From Mobula birostris (Eukaryota): 64,000 nucleotides of DNA. Shown in pieces: positions 45,688 to 57,929 of the stretch. The notes under the pieces were generated by a model. That model made no database searches, was not told the origin of the DNA, and saw only the letters and a list, made by a program, of their open reading frames with translations. The stretch covers positions 20,251,309 to 20,315,308 of the forward strand of contig NC_092379.1 in NCBI RefSeq assembly GCF_030028105.1, read 5' to 3'. Each line of letters starts with the position of its first letter. Within the stretch, counting starts at the first letter, position 1. A program made the translations under genes and the position numbers.

Positions 45688-48600
45688 AAGATGGTGCCTG
45701 TAACCGGCGACTTTGCGCGAGCTCTCCCGAGCAAACTGCCCTCGCCACTGTCCTGTAACTGAGAAACCCTTCTAAAACTCCAATTTAGAAAGATAAAATT
45801 CAACAACACTCTGGCGAAGCTACTGACCCAGCTGGAGACCACCGCGCCAGAACTGCTTCTTAAACTCCGGACCGCACCTGGACCCGACCACGTTCCCAGA
45901 GACCCGCGGTCTGCTACCGTGCCGGAGTGCTTGGAGACACGGCCCATTCCGACCAGCACCTCTCCAGAGCAGACGACCACACAGAAGTGACGGCGGGGAC
46001 CTCAAGGCGCCCCAGACGCTTCTCCGGAGCGACCACCGTAAAGCCCCGTTGGTGGCCATCCACAGCTGCTGGAAGTGAGGCCTCCGCCGCCGACCTCGGA
46101 AATCGAGCCCGATGCTCGGTCGGAGTGGAGGCTCCGCAACCGTGACTCAGTTTACGGACTTGTTTCAGCCAGGAGCCCGGCCCTCTGGGATTAAGTGTTG
46201 GCTTCGGGGTCCGACCCAATCGACAGCCCGGGCCCCCGGCAGCTGGAAGTGGCGGCGAAGACTCCCCCACTCGGCCCGACCTGGAGTGTCCAACGACGCG
46301 ACCAGCTGATCGATCCCCGCGGGATGCGTCCACCTATCTCAAAGAGCTGACAACAACACACTGCATCGACGGAAACCTGGAAAGATGCACTATTTACTGA
46401 GGAAGCGTGGGAAAAGAGCTGGGCTGCTGGTCAGATTGAAGCTGAGGGGCTTCACAGTCCCTGTGCCCACCATCCAGCTAGCTAATGTGCAAGCCAGAGA
46501 GAACAAGGTGGATGATCTTAAAGAGAGACTCACCTACTGCAGGGAGATGCAGAACTGCTGTGTATTCTGTTTCACTGAGACCTGGCTCTCCCCTGCCACC
46601 CCCGACTGTGCCATCTGACCGGAGGGATTTTCGGTCCATCGGATGGACCGCACGATGTCTTCGGGCAAGACGAGGGGAGATGGTGTCTGCCTACTGATCA
46701 ACACTGGGTGGTGATCGGACACAGTGGCACTGACAAGCTCCTGCAGCCCGGACCTGGAACACCTGTCGGTGAAGTGTCGTCCCAACTATCTGCCACGGGA
46801 ATTCACCTCGGTCATACTGACAGCGGTCTACATTGCCTCCCAGGTGTACGTGGAGTGTGCTCTGAACATACTGTATGCCAACATCAGTGAACTTGAGACC
46901 AGGTATCCGGAGGCTTTACTATTACGGCTGGGGACTTTAACCAGGCCAACCTCAGAAATGCGATGCCAAAGTTATACCAACATGTCTCCTGCCCCACTGG
47001 AGGCCCGAATATACTTGACCACTGTTACACAGTGAATTCCCGTGGCAGATAGTAGGGACGACACTTCACCGACAGGTGTTCCAGGTCCGGGCTGCAGGAG
47101 CTTGTCAGTGCCACAGTGTCCGATCACCACGACCTCACTTTGGAAAATCGGACCATCAGGCCGTACTCCTCCCGGCTTACAAACAGAAACTGAAGCGGGA
47201 GGTCACGGTGTCAAAAGTAGTGTCGCGTTGGACGGAGGAAACAGGTGAGGTCCTCCGTGACTGCTTTGAATCGGTGGACTGGTTAGTATTCATGGACTCG
47301 GCAGCTAACCTCGATGAGTATGCCTCAGCTGTCACGGACTTTATATGGAAATGCACGGAGGACTATGTGTCTCGTAAGACGATTCGGGTATTCCCTAACC
47401 AGAAACCTTGGATGAATTATGAGGTCAAGTCCGTTTTAAAGCCTAGAGCTGCGGCTTTTAGGTCTGGAGATACCAGTCGCTACACGGAGTCCAGGCGTGA
47501 ACTCTGGAAAGCCATTAAGGGCGCCAAGAGGCAATATCGAGCCAAGTTGGAATTCCAGGCTAACCAAAGGGATGCCAGTAGACTATGGCAGGGTCTAAAT
47601 GAGATCACTGGGCGCAAAGAAAAGGCTGGGAATATCAATAACTGTAGCGCTTCTCTTCCTGATGAACTTAATGTATTCTACGCAAGATTCGAACAGAAGA
47701 GGAGCGTCCCGCTCCCTCCGGATGAACCGGACCTGATGGCATCGATATTCATCATCACCGAGGAGGACGTTAGAAGGGCCTTCCTGAAGATAAATCCAAG
47801 GAAGGCGACGGGCCCAGATGGCGTCCCAGGATGGGTTCTCCGGGCCTGCGCAAGCGAGCGAGCTGGAATGTTTGCTGACATCTTCAACTGCTCCTTGCTT
47901 CAGTCTAAGATCCCTGCGTGTTTTCAGAAGACAACGATAATCCCAGTGCTGAAGAAGAGCAAGGTGGCATGCCTGAATGACTATCGACCCGTGGCTCTGA
48001 CATCAATTGCTATGAAGTGCTTCGAGAGATTGGTTATGGCACACATCAACCACAGCCTACCGGTCAACCTCGACGCTTTCCAATTCACCTACCGGAGCAA
48101 CAGGTCAACGGCAGATTCCATCTCTCTGGCCCTATGTTCCTCCTTAGAAAACCTGGAGAATAAAGACGCATATGTAAGGCTCCTTTTCAGTGACTACAGC
48201 TCTGCCTTTAATACCATCATTCCAAATAAACTGATTCCTAAACTCCGGAACCCGGGCCTTAGCACTCAGATCTGCAGCTGGATCTTCAACTTCCTCACAG
48301 GCAGGACCCAGGCTGTAAAAATACGGGACAAGCTCTCCTCTACAATCACTCTGAGCAACGGTGCCCAACAAGACTGTGTACTCAGCCCCCTGCTGTACTC
48401 ACTGTACACCCCCATGATTGTGTAGCCAAGTTTCCATCAAGCTCAACATATAAGTTTGCTGATGACACAACAATCGTAGGCCGTATCTCAGGTAATGATG
48501 AGTTTGAGTACAGAGAGGAAATTAAGAATCTGGTGGCATGGTGCGAAGACAATAACTTATCCCTCAGCGTCAGCAAGACAAAGGAATTGGTTGTTGACTT

Positions 48601-49404
48601 CAGAAGGAGTAGCGGACCGCACGACCCAATTTACATCGGTGGTGCACAAGTGGAACAGGTCAAAAGCTTTAAGTTCCTCGAGGTCAATATCACAAATGAC
48701 CTGACTTGGTCCAGCCAAGCAGAGTTCACTGCCAAGAAGGCCCAACAGCGCCTTTACTTCCTGAGAAAACAAAAGAAATTTGGCCTGTCCTCTAAAACCC
48801 TCACTAATTTTTATAGATGCACCGTAGAAAGCATTCTTCTCGGGTGCAGCACAACCTGGTATGGAAGTTGTCCTGTTCAAGACCGGAAGAAGCTGCAGAA
48901 GATCATGAACATGGCGCAGCACATCACAGAAACCAATCTTCCGTCCGTGGACTCACTTTACACCGCACGTTGTCGGAGCAGTGCTGCCAGGATAATCAAG
49001 GACACGATCCACCCAGCCAACATACTTTTCGTCCCTCTTCCCTCCGGGAGAAGGCTCAAGAGCTTAAAGACTCCTATGGCCAGATTTGGGAACAGCTTCT
49101 TTCCAACTGTGAAAAGACTGCTGAACGGATCCTGACCCGGATCTGGGCCGTACCCTCCAAATATCTGGACCTGCCTCTCAGTTTTTTTGCACTACCTTAC
49201 TTTCCAATTTTCTATTTTCTATTTATGATTTATAATCTAAATTTTTAATATTTACTAATTTTTACTATTTGTAATATTTAATATTTGTAATCCAGGGAGT
49301 GGGAAGCGCAGAATCAAGTATCGCTGTGATGATTGTATGTTCTAGTACCAACTGTTTGGCGACAATAAAGTGTAAAGTACCATAAAGTATAAAGAATAAA
49401 GTAT
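45688..49404 (+). mobile_element. Near-full-length Rex1/Babar-type LINE (GC-rich 5' region; APE-RT ORF broken by frameshifts)
   Basis: RGKRAGLLVRL..ANVQ..ENKVDDL..FCFTETWL, SDHQAVLLPAYKQKLK, CLNDYRPVALTS and KFADDT-region motifs; AATAAAGTAT-type tail; inserted in an older minus-strand CR1. Confidence 0.9.
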
Positions 49405-52400
49405 TTACCTAAATGCATTATCGTGTATTTCCCAAGATTGTAATCCATTTGCCACTTTTTGCCCATTCTTCCAATTTATCTAAGTTGTACTGCAATTGCA
49501 TTGCTCCCTCAGCACCACCTACCCCTCCACCTATCTTTGTATCATCCACAAACTTTGCCACAAAGCCATTAATTCCATTATCTGAATCATAACCAAACAA
49601 TGTGAAAAGTAGCGCTCAATACTGACCCCTGAGGAACACCACCAGTCAATGACAGCCAACCAGAGAAGGCCCTTTTTATTTCCACTTTCTGCCTCCTGTC
49701 AGCCATTCTTCTCTCCATGCCAATATCTCTGCTGTAACGCCATTCAAATTTATCTTGTAAAGCAGCCTCATGTGTTGCTCCTTATCAAATGACTTTTCAA
49801 AATCCAAGTAAATAACATTCACTGCCTCTCCTTTGTCCAGCCTGCTTGTTATTTCCTCAAAGAACTCTAACAGATTTGTCAGGCAAGATTTTCCATTGCA
49901 GAAACTATGCTGACTTTGACATATGTTATCATTCGTCTCCAAATACACCAAAACCTCATCCTAAAGAAAGAGACTTCAACACTTCCCAACCACTGAGTTT
50001 TGGCTAACTCACCTATAATTTCCTTTATTTTGCCTTCCTCCCTTCTTAAAGAATGGAGGGTGTTTAAAGAGCAATTGCACACAGTTCAGGAAAGGTATGT
50101 ACCTGTTCGAAGGCAGGATGGGGATGGAAATATAAGAGAACCTTGGATATCCAGAGAGGTGATGAATTTAGTGAAAAAGGAAAAGAAGAAGTATGTAAAG
50201 TTTCAGATGTTCGGATCAAAGGAAGCACATGAGGAGTGTAAAGAAACGAGAAAGGAACTAATGGGAATGAGGAAAGCCAGGAAGGGCCATGAAAAGTCCT
50301 TGGCAAGTGGGATTAAGGTGAATCTCAGGGCATTTTAGACAGACACCAAGAGTAAGATGATAACTCAGGAGAGGGTGGGACCACTCAAGGATAAGTGGGG
50401 GGGGGGGGAGCAGTTGCTTGAATGCAGAGAATGTGAATGAGGTGCCAAGTGAGTACTTTGGTTCAGTATTTACCAAGGAAAAGGATATGGAGGACCAAGA
50501 GATCAGTGCTGAGTATATAATTACAATAGGGTATTTAGAGGTCAAGGAGAAGGAAGTGTTGGGCCTCCTAATCAGGATTAAGATGGATAAATCCTCAGGG
50601 CCAGATGGGATTTACTCCAGGTTTTTGAAGGATGCAAAAGGTGAGTTTGCTGGGCCTTTGACCAGAATCTTTGTGTCCTCTCTCATTAATTTAAGAAGGG
50701 AACATGGGAAAATTCTGGGAACTATGGACCAGAAAGTCTCACTTCAATTGAAGGGAAATTGCCCAATAAAAATCACAAGGATAGGATATCTGAGCATTTG
50801 GAAAACCATAACCTAATTTAGGGAGAGACAGCATGGCATTATGCGTGGCAGGTCAGCACTTACAACTTGATAGAGTTTTTTGACAAGGTGACAAGACAGA
50901 TTGATGAGGGTAGGGCAGTAGTTGTTGTCTACATGGATTTTAGGAGGGCATTTGACAAAGTCCCCCGTGGGAGGCTAATCCAGAAGATTAAGATGCATGG
51001 GATCCGTGGCAAACTAGCTGTTTGGATTCAAAATGGTCGCGCATAGAAGACAGATGGTAATGATTTTGGGGACTTGTTCAAGCTGGAGGTCTGTAATTAG
51101 TGGAGTTCCGTAGGTATCTGTGCTGGGACTTCTGCTGTTTGTAATCGATATAGATGATCTGGATGAAACTGCGGATGGGTGAGTTAGAAAATTTGTGAAT
51201 GATGCCAAGAATGGTGGAGTTGTTGGCAGTGTAGAAGACTGGCAAAGAATACAGCACAACATTGATCAGCTGCAGATGTGGACTGAGAAATGGCAGATGA
51301 AGTTTAATCCAGATAAATGCAAGGTGTCACATCCCGGGTGGGGCAAATGAAAAGAGACAGTACATTTTTAAGAGTAAGGTCTTTTATGATGTTGTTGAGC
51401 AGAGAAATCTTGGGGTCCAAGTTCATACTCCTTGAAAGTGGCTACACAGGTCAATAAGATGGTTAACAAGGTTTAAAGAATGCTTTTTTTTAATATTCGA
51501 GGCACTGAGTTCAAAGGTCAGGTTATGTTGCAGCTTTTATTAAACTCAGGTTAGATCAGACTGAAGTTCTGGTTGCCCCACTATTGGAAGGATGTTGAGG
51601 CTTTGGAGAGGGTGTAGAAGAGGTTTGCCAGGATGCTGCCTGGTTTTGAGGGAACATGCAATCAGGAGAGTCCACATAAAATTGGGTTGTTTTCTCTGGA
51701 GCGTTGGAGGCTGAAGTGGGGCGGTGCGTTCTGATAGAGGTTTGCAAGATTATGAGAGACAAAGATATGCTGGACAAAGAGTATCTCTGTTCCAGGGTTG
51801 AAATATGTATTACCAGAGGGAATGAATTTTAGGTGAGGCGGGTAGGTTCAAGGGGATATGAGGGGTGAGTTTTATAATCAGAGAGTGGAGGATGGCTGGA
51901 ATGTGTTGCCTGGTGTGGTGGTAGAGGCAAATACATGATAGGTGTTTGGATAGGCAAGTGGATGTAGTGAAGAACGGGGGGATATTGACATGGAGTAGGT
52001 GGGAGGGATTGATGTTGGGTGTTTTTGATTTCCTTTATCGCTGTTTTGGCACAACAGTGTGGGCCAAATGGCCCGTGCTGTAGTAAATTATTTTGGTGCC
52101 GCATCCCAAAGGAAAGAATTTGTAGAATGCCTACGAGTTTTTTTTTAAAGAGTAGGTGGTGAATGAGCCCACTCGGCAATTAGATATTCTGAATTGGGTG
52201 TGGTGCAATGAACCAGAATAGAGTGGAGAGTTTAAGGTAAGGGAACGCTTGGGAGCCAGTGATCATGATATGATGTAATTCACCGTGCTATTAATTTGAA
52301 AAGGAGAATCTAAAGTCAGTATTACAGTGGAGTAAAGGGAATGACGGAGGCATGAGAGAGGAGCTAGCTGAAATTGATTGGAATGGGACACGAGCAGGGA

Positions 52401-54910
52401 TGATGGCAGAGCAGAAATGGCTGGAGATCCTGGGAGCAATTTGAAAGACACAATGTAGATGCATCCCAAAGAAGAAATATTCAAAAGGCAGGATAACACC
52501 AGGCAGCATCTATGGAAAAGAGTAAACAAACGAAGATTCAGGCCAAGACCTTTCATCAGTCTGAAACTTTGACGGTTTACTCTTTTTCATAGTTGCTACC
52601 AGACCTCCTGAACTCCTCCAGCATTCTGTGTGTATTGCCAAACACCCCATGGTACTACAGGAGAGATACTAGCATGGATAGAACATTCTCTGATTGGTAG
52701 GAGGCACAGAGTAGGAATAAAGGGAGCATTTTCTGGTTAGCTGCTGTGTTGAAACCACATCTTTTCATGTAAAATGTCAATAACCATATAACAATTACAG
52801 CACGGAAGCAGGCCATCTCGGCCCTTCTAGTTCATGACGAACTCTTACTCTCAACTAATCCCTCCGACCTGCACTCAGCCCATGACCCTCCATTCCTTTC
52901 CTGTCCATATAGCTACCCAATTTAACTTTAAATGACAACGCCAAACCTGCCTCAACCACTTGTGTTGGAAGCTCGTTCTACACAGCTACAACACTCAGAG
53001 TAAAGAAGTTCCCCCTCATGTTACCCCGAAACTTTTGCCCTTTAACTCTCAACTCATGTCCTCTTGTTTGAATCTCCCCCACTCTCAATGGAAAAAGCCT
53101 ATCCACGTCAACTTTATCTATCCCCCTCATAATTTTAAATACCTCTATCAAGTCCCCCCTCAATCTTCTATGCTTCAAAGAATAAAGACCCAACTTGTTC
53201 AACCTTTCTTTGTAACTTAGGAGAAGAAACCCAGGTAACATTCTACTAAATCTTCTCAGTACTCTCAATTTTGTTGACATCTTTCCTATAATTCGGTGAC
53301 CAGAACTGTACACAATACTCCACATTTAGCCTTACCAATGCCTTGTACAATTTCAACATTACATCCCAACTCCTATACTCAGTGCTCTGATTTATAAAGG
53401 CCAGCATACCAAAAGCTTTCTTCACCACCCTATCCACATGAGATTTCACCTTCAGGGAACTATGCACCATTATTCCCAGATCCCTCTGTTCTACTACTTT
53501 CTTCAATGCCCTACCATTTACCATGTATGCCCTATTTTGATTAGTCCTTCCAAAATGCAGCACCTCACATTTATCAGCATTAAACTTCATCTGCCACCTT
53601 TCAGCCCACTCTTAAGTGGTCTAAATCTCTCTGCAAGCTTTGAAAACCTACTTCATTATCCACAACTCCACCGATCTGAGTATCATCTGCATACTTACCA
53701 ATCCAATTTACCACCTCATCATCCGGATCATTAATATCTATGAGAAACAACATTGGACCCAGTACAGATCCCTGAGGCACACCACCAGTCACCAGCCTCC
53801 AATCTGACAAACAGTTATCCACCAGTACTCTCTGGCGTCTCCCATCCAAATCCATTTTACCACTTCAATACTAATACTGAACAATTGAACCTTCCTTACT
53901 AACTTTCCGTGTGGAACCTTGTCAAAGGCCTTACTGAAGTCCATACAGACAACATTCACCGCCTGACCCTCGTCAACTTTGATTTGGATTACAAAATTGA
54001 TGGCTTTTAGGGCCAAGTTTGTGGATGATACTGAGAGAGGTGGAAGGGCAGACAGAGTTCAGAAAGCAGAGTGGCTACAGAAATACTTAGACAGATTTGG
54101 AGAATGGGCAAAGGAGTGGCAGATATGATAAAGTGTTGGGAAGTGAATGATCCTACACTTTGGGAGAAGAAATAAAAGCATAGACTACTTTCTAAATGGG
54201 GATAAAATTCAGAAATCTGAGGTGCAAAGGGCCTTGTGCAGGATTCCATTCAGGTTAATTTGCAAGTTGAGTCTGTGGAATTCATTTCTAAAGGACTGAA
54301 ATATGAAAGCAAGGATGTAATGTTCAGTTTTTAGAAGGCACTGGTGAGGTCTCAATTGTAGTACGGTGAACAGTTCTGGGCACCTTATCTAAGAAAGGAT
54401 ATGCTGACATTGATGAGGGTTCAAAGGAGTTTAACAAAATGGTTCTGGGATTGAAAGGCTTATCACATGAGAAATGTTTGATGGCTCAGGTCTGTATTCA
54501 CTGGAATTCACAAGAATGAGGGGGGTATCTCATTGAAATCCATCGAATGTTGAAATTCCTCGACAGAGTGGATGTGAAGAGAATGTTTCCTCAGGTGGGG
54601 GAGTCTAGGACCAGAGGACACAGCCTCAGACTAGAGGGTCGTCCATTTAGAACAGAGATGAGGAGGTAATTCTTTTGCCAGAGAGGGGTGAATCTGTGTA
54701 ATTTGTTGCCACGGGCAACCGTGGTGCCCAAGTCACTGGGTATATTTAAGGAAGAGGATGGTAGATTCTTGATTAGTCAGGACATGAAGGGATACTGGGA
54801 AAAGGCAGGTGACTGGGGCTGAGAGGGAAATTGGATCAGTCATGATGAAATACTGGAGCCGACTCGAAGGTACAAATGGCTGAATTCTGCTCCTGTCTCT
54901 TATGGTTTTA
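49405..54910. mobile_element. Degraded CR1/HER1 mosaic on both strands
   Basis: Many broken RT ORFs (YLDFEKSFDK, KSSGPDGIY, GVPQGSVLGP, FWSPNYRKD). Confidence 0.8.
52499..52640. mobile_element. Inverted pair of Penelope-like pLTR fragments
   Basis: 52502-52527 and 52575-52600 are inverted repeats (23/26 match) around a degenerate minus-strand CTGATGA..GAA hammerhead core. Confidence 0.65.
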
Positions 54911-55131
54911 CTCAGGAACTAAAACATTCGCCCAACTGTGGATCACTCTAAAGTTCCCAACTGGTATTCAGATTCTTGTTTCCGGTTGATTTTGGAGAAT
55001 ACTGACAGACACCTCTTCATGGGGTTTCATCTCCTGGAATGAGATGTTATTTAGTTCACCTGTCCTCACAGGTTAATGTCTGTGCTGCACCTTGTCACAC
55101 ACAATATCATACTCTCCTGTCTATATTTCAG

Positions 55132-55143
55132 GTTCAGCAGTGA
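55132..55143 (+). CDS. IgW: Candidate TM2 (cytoplasmic) exon, VQQ*
   Basis: ACTCTCCTGTCTATATTTCAG|GTT CAG CAG TGA is phase 0, matching the TM1 donor. It lies in the only long non-LINE island after TM1; ATTAAA at 55657-55662. Confidence 0.5.
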   Translation, partial: VQQ

Positions 55144-57929
55144 CCAGCAGACACTCGCCCCACATTCAGTCAAGAGATCCCCGTGTGGCTGTGATGTTTG
55201 GAAATGGAGTCTCCATCTCACTCACTCGGCAATCCGAGGCTACTGCACGGCAACTGCTCATTTCAGAAAATAAACCTCTAAATGTACCGGGGATGCCAGA
55301 TGAGAAATGGGGGCACAGAGCCGGTTCGGTGGGCGGAGGGACAGCGGTGGATGATACATTGGGAAAATGGCAGGATATGTGACACTGGAGGGGGTTTACA
55401 GGAGGGGAGAGGAAGGCAGGGTTAAGGCTTGGGAATGGAGAGCAGGGGAATGTGGGTGTGTTTAGTGATGGAGAAGAGGGAGTTGAGGAAGTGGTTATTA
55501 TTGTTATGGAGCAAGAAGTTGACATGGGGAGGGGGAGTGTGGTGGAGGATGTTCTGTCAAATTTTGTAAATCAGATGTTGTACAAATCATTGCCTATAGC
55601 TTTTCTTCCAGTTTTCCACTGGAGTTTATGTCATGTCATGATTTGAAATTGTATTCATTAAAAACAAAGAAAAGGAGAACATGAAGTGACTGGAGTTGAT
55701 AAAACTGAGGGAAGCCATTCAGCCCATCTTAGTTCCCTCATCACTGCAGAGATTCCATCTGCCTCCACGTATGAGTGGGTAATGTATCCCGGGACAAATA
55801 TCGGAGAGATTCCCAGCCTGTAATATATGAGTGTAGCCCCACACGTACTGCTCATGTTCATAAGGGATTTCTCACAGTGGGAACACTGGGGTGCTGCACC
55901 TGAGAAAGATATTCAGGAAAGCACAGAGGCTCATTGGAAGAGTTTATCAGAACCTTGTTATACATCCCAGAGCCAGATATTGATGGAATGTTTCATAATG
56001 TGTCTCAATCCATATTTCAACACATTATCCTAATCTCCACACTCCATGTCCTATAAAACCGTAGGTACAGGAGCTTCTCCATTGCACACACAATCTCCCT
56101 TCAGTGTCTCAGCTGACAGGCAGCAGCTCTGTCCCTCTGTACGACAGTGAACAGCCAAGTCAGCCTGAATTTCTGTTCTCACATCACTGAAAAGTGACTC
56201 AACAGCATCAGTGCCCTGGAACAGAACTCACTGTGGGGACCAAAGGCTTTGGCCTGCTCGGTGTTTAGCTGAAGGAAACTTTGTGCATCCTGCAGCATCC
56301 CCCATCAGAGAGTGTGGAGCTGTTGGTACAAGTACAGGTGACTCAGAACTGGAGATCGACTATGTACATGTTTTAATGTGATGTCAGCAGGAGAGAGCAT
56401 TCTGAAAAAATATGTCAATGCAGGAAAATACAACAGATACTGGGGTAAACACATTAGGAGTAGAAAACATTAAACAGTTACTAATCAATGCAAACCAAGA
56501 ATAGAACAGAACAGCTATTTAGATGATGGGCACCAGCACCTGACTTGAGCAGAGTAAGTCCAAGAAACAGACATTGCAGGAAGGCACACAGGACCAGATA
56601 TTGAAGGAATATACTCCAGGAATAGACATTGGGGAAAACTATGAAGGACCAGCCAACGGGAAAAATACCCCTCCACAGAACCAGAAATTGTGGTTAATTC
56701 TCAACTTTGTTCATGAGGGAATACGACAGAGATTGGGAATACACGATTGATCTTCAGGAAGGTTGTGATTCCCATGTATAAGAAACAATTTTAAAATCAG
56801 TGATTTGGAAGAATCTGGGAATCAGATTCCAAACCCCAGATCTCAGGGATGCACCATGTCAGTCATATGGGAAAATATATGCGGAGCAGATTTTAGAAAC
56901 TGCACCCAAAGTCACAGGTTGTAGGAGTTTCCCTGTGCCCATAACCTGGAGTGCAGAGCAGGTCATGAGGGTGCATGGCACTGAATCAGATACTGAGGAC
57001 GTTATTGCAGGAAAAGGAGATGACTTGGGACCACCTCCAAATTTAATTAAAATTAATTAAGAATTAAGTCACAGTTACATGTTTAATCAACTGACTTTAA
57101 ACATCCCCGCGGCCGTGATGTGATCTGAACTCAGCTATCTACGTCACAAACGCAGCTTCTTGATTCCATATGTTTCGCTCAGCAACCAGTCTCCCTCCCA
57201 GTCTCATGCTCCAGCCAACTAGAAAGCCAGGATGTGCAACAACTGAGGACCTTACCTTGTCACTGGCTTCTGCTCCCCTCTGGGAATGTCGGCTCCCGAC
57301 ACTGACCTGCCCGCTCCTTCTTTCCCTCCCTGATTTCGTGCTGCCAGTCCTCCAGCATATCTTATACCCTTCACTGCTCATAGTAACAGCATTGCCTTCT
57401 GCTTCCTGTTTGTGTCTCTGCCTCTCTCTCTCTCAGCTAATGGCTCTGACAGTCTGTTTGTACAAAGTGCAGGCAGCTTGTCAGAGCCAGCATCTGACCC
57501 TGTGCTCTGTGGTGTGGGAGGGAGAAATGAGGCAGCAGATTGGAGGTTTGAGAAGTTTGAAATGAGCTGAGGGAAGGTGGAAGGAGAGAGAGAGAAGTAG
57601 GAAGGGCAAGGAGAGAGAGGTCACAGGGTTAGAGGGAGAGACTCTCCAAGGCCTGGATACCAGACTAATATCCAAATCTGTGCCATCTTCCTCACTTCCT
57701 GCTCTGCACCCTGTGTTCCAGACACTGGGAATCTCCCCGACTTTGTGAATGTGCGGCTCTCCAAAATCTGATCCAAGTATATTTTTGTACAATACTGCAT
57801 TTGGGGGCATTCCCACAGAGATGGACTGAGAATTATTCCTTTCAATCTCATCCAAATGACTGCTGTTACCTGGATGAAGGAAGCCTCTCACTGATGGGAA
57901 TCGATCCCATATTCCTGAGTATTAGATGA

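Noticed and set aside
56340-57900. Novel gene or classifiable element
   Set aside because: All frames are interrupted. A weak Cys/His pattern near 56860-56960 hints at a decayed non-LTR element, but I cannot assign it without a search.
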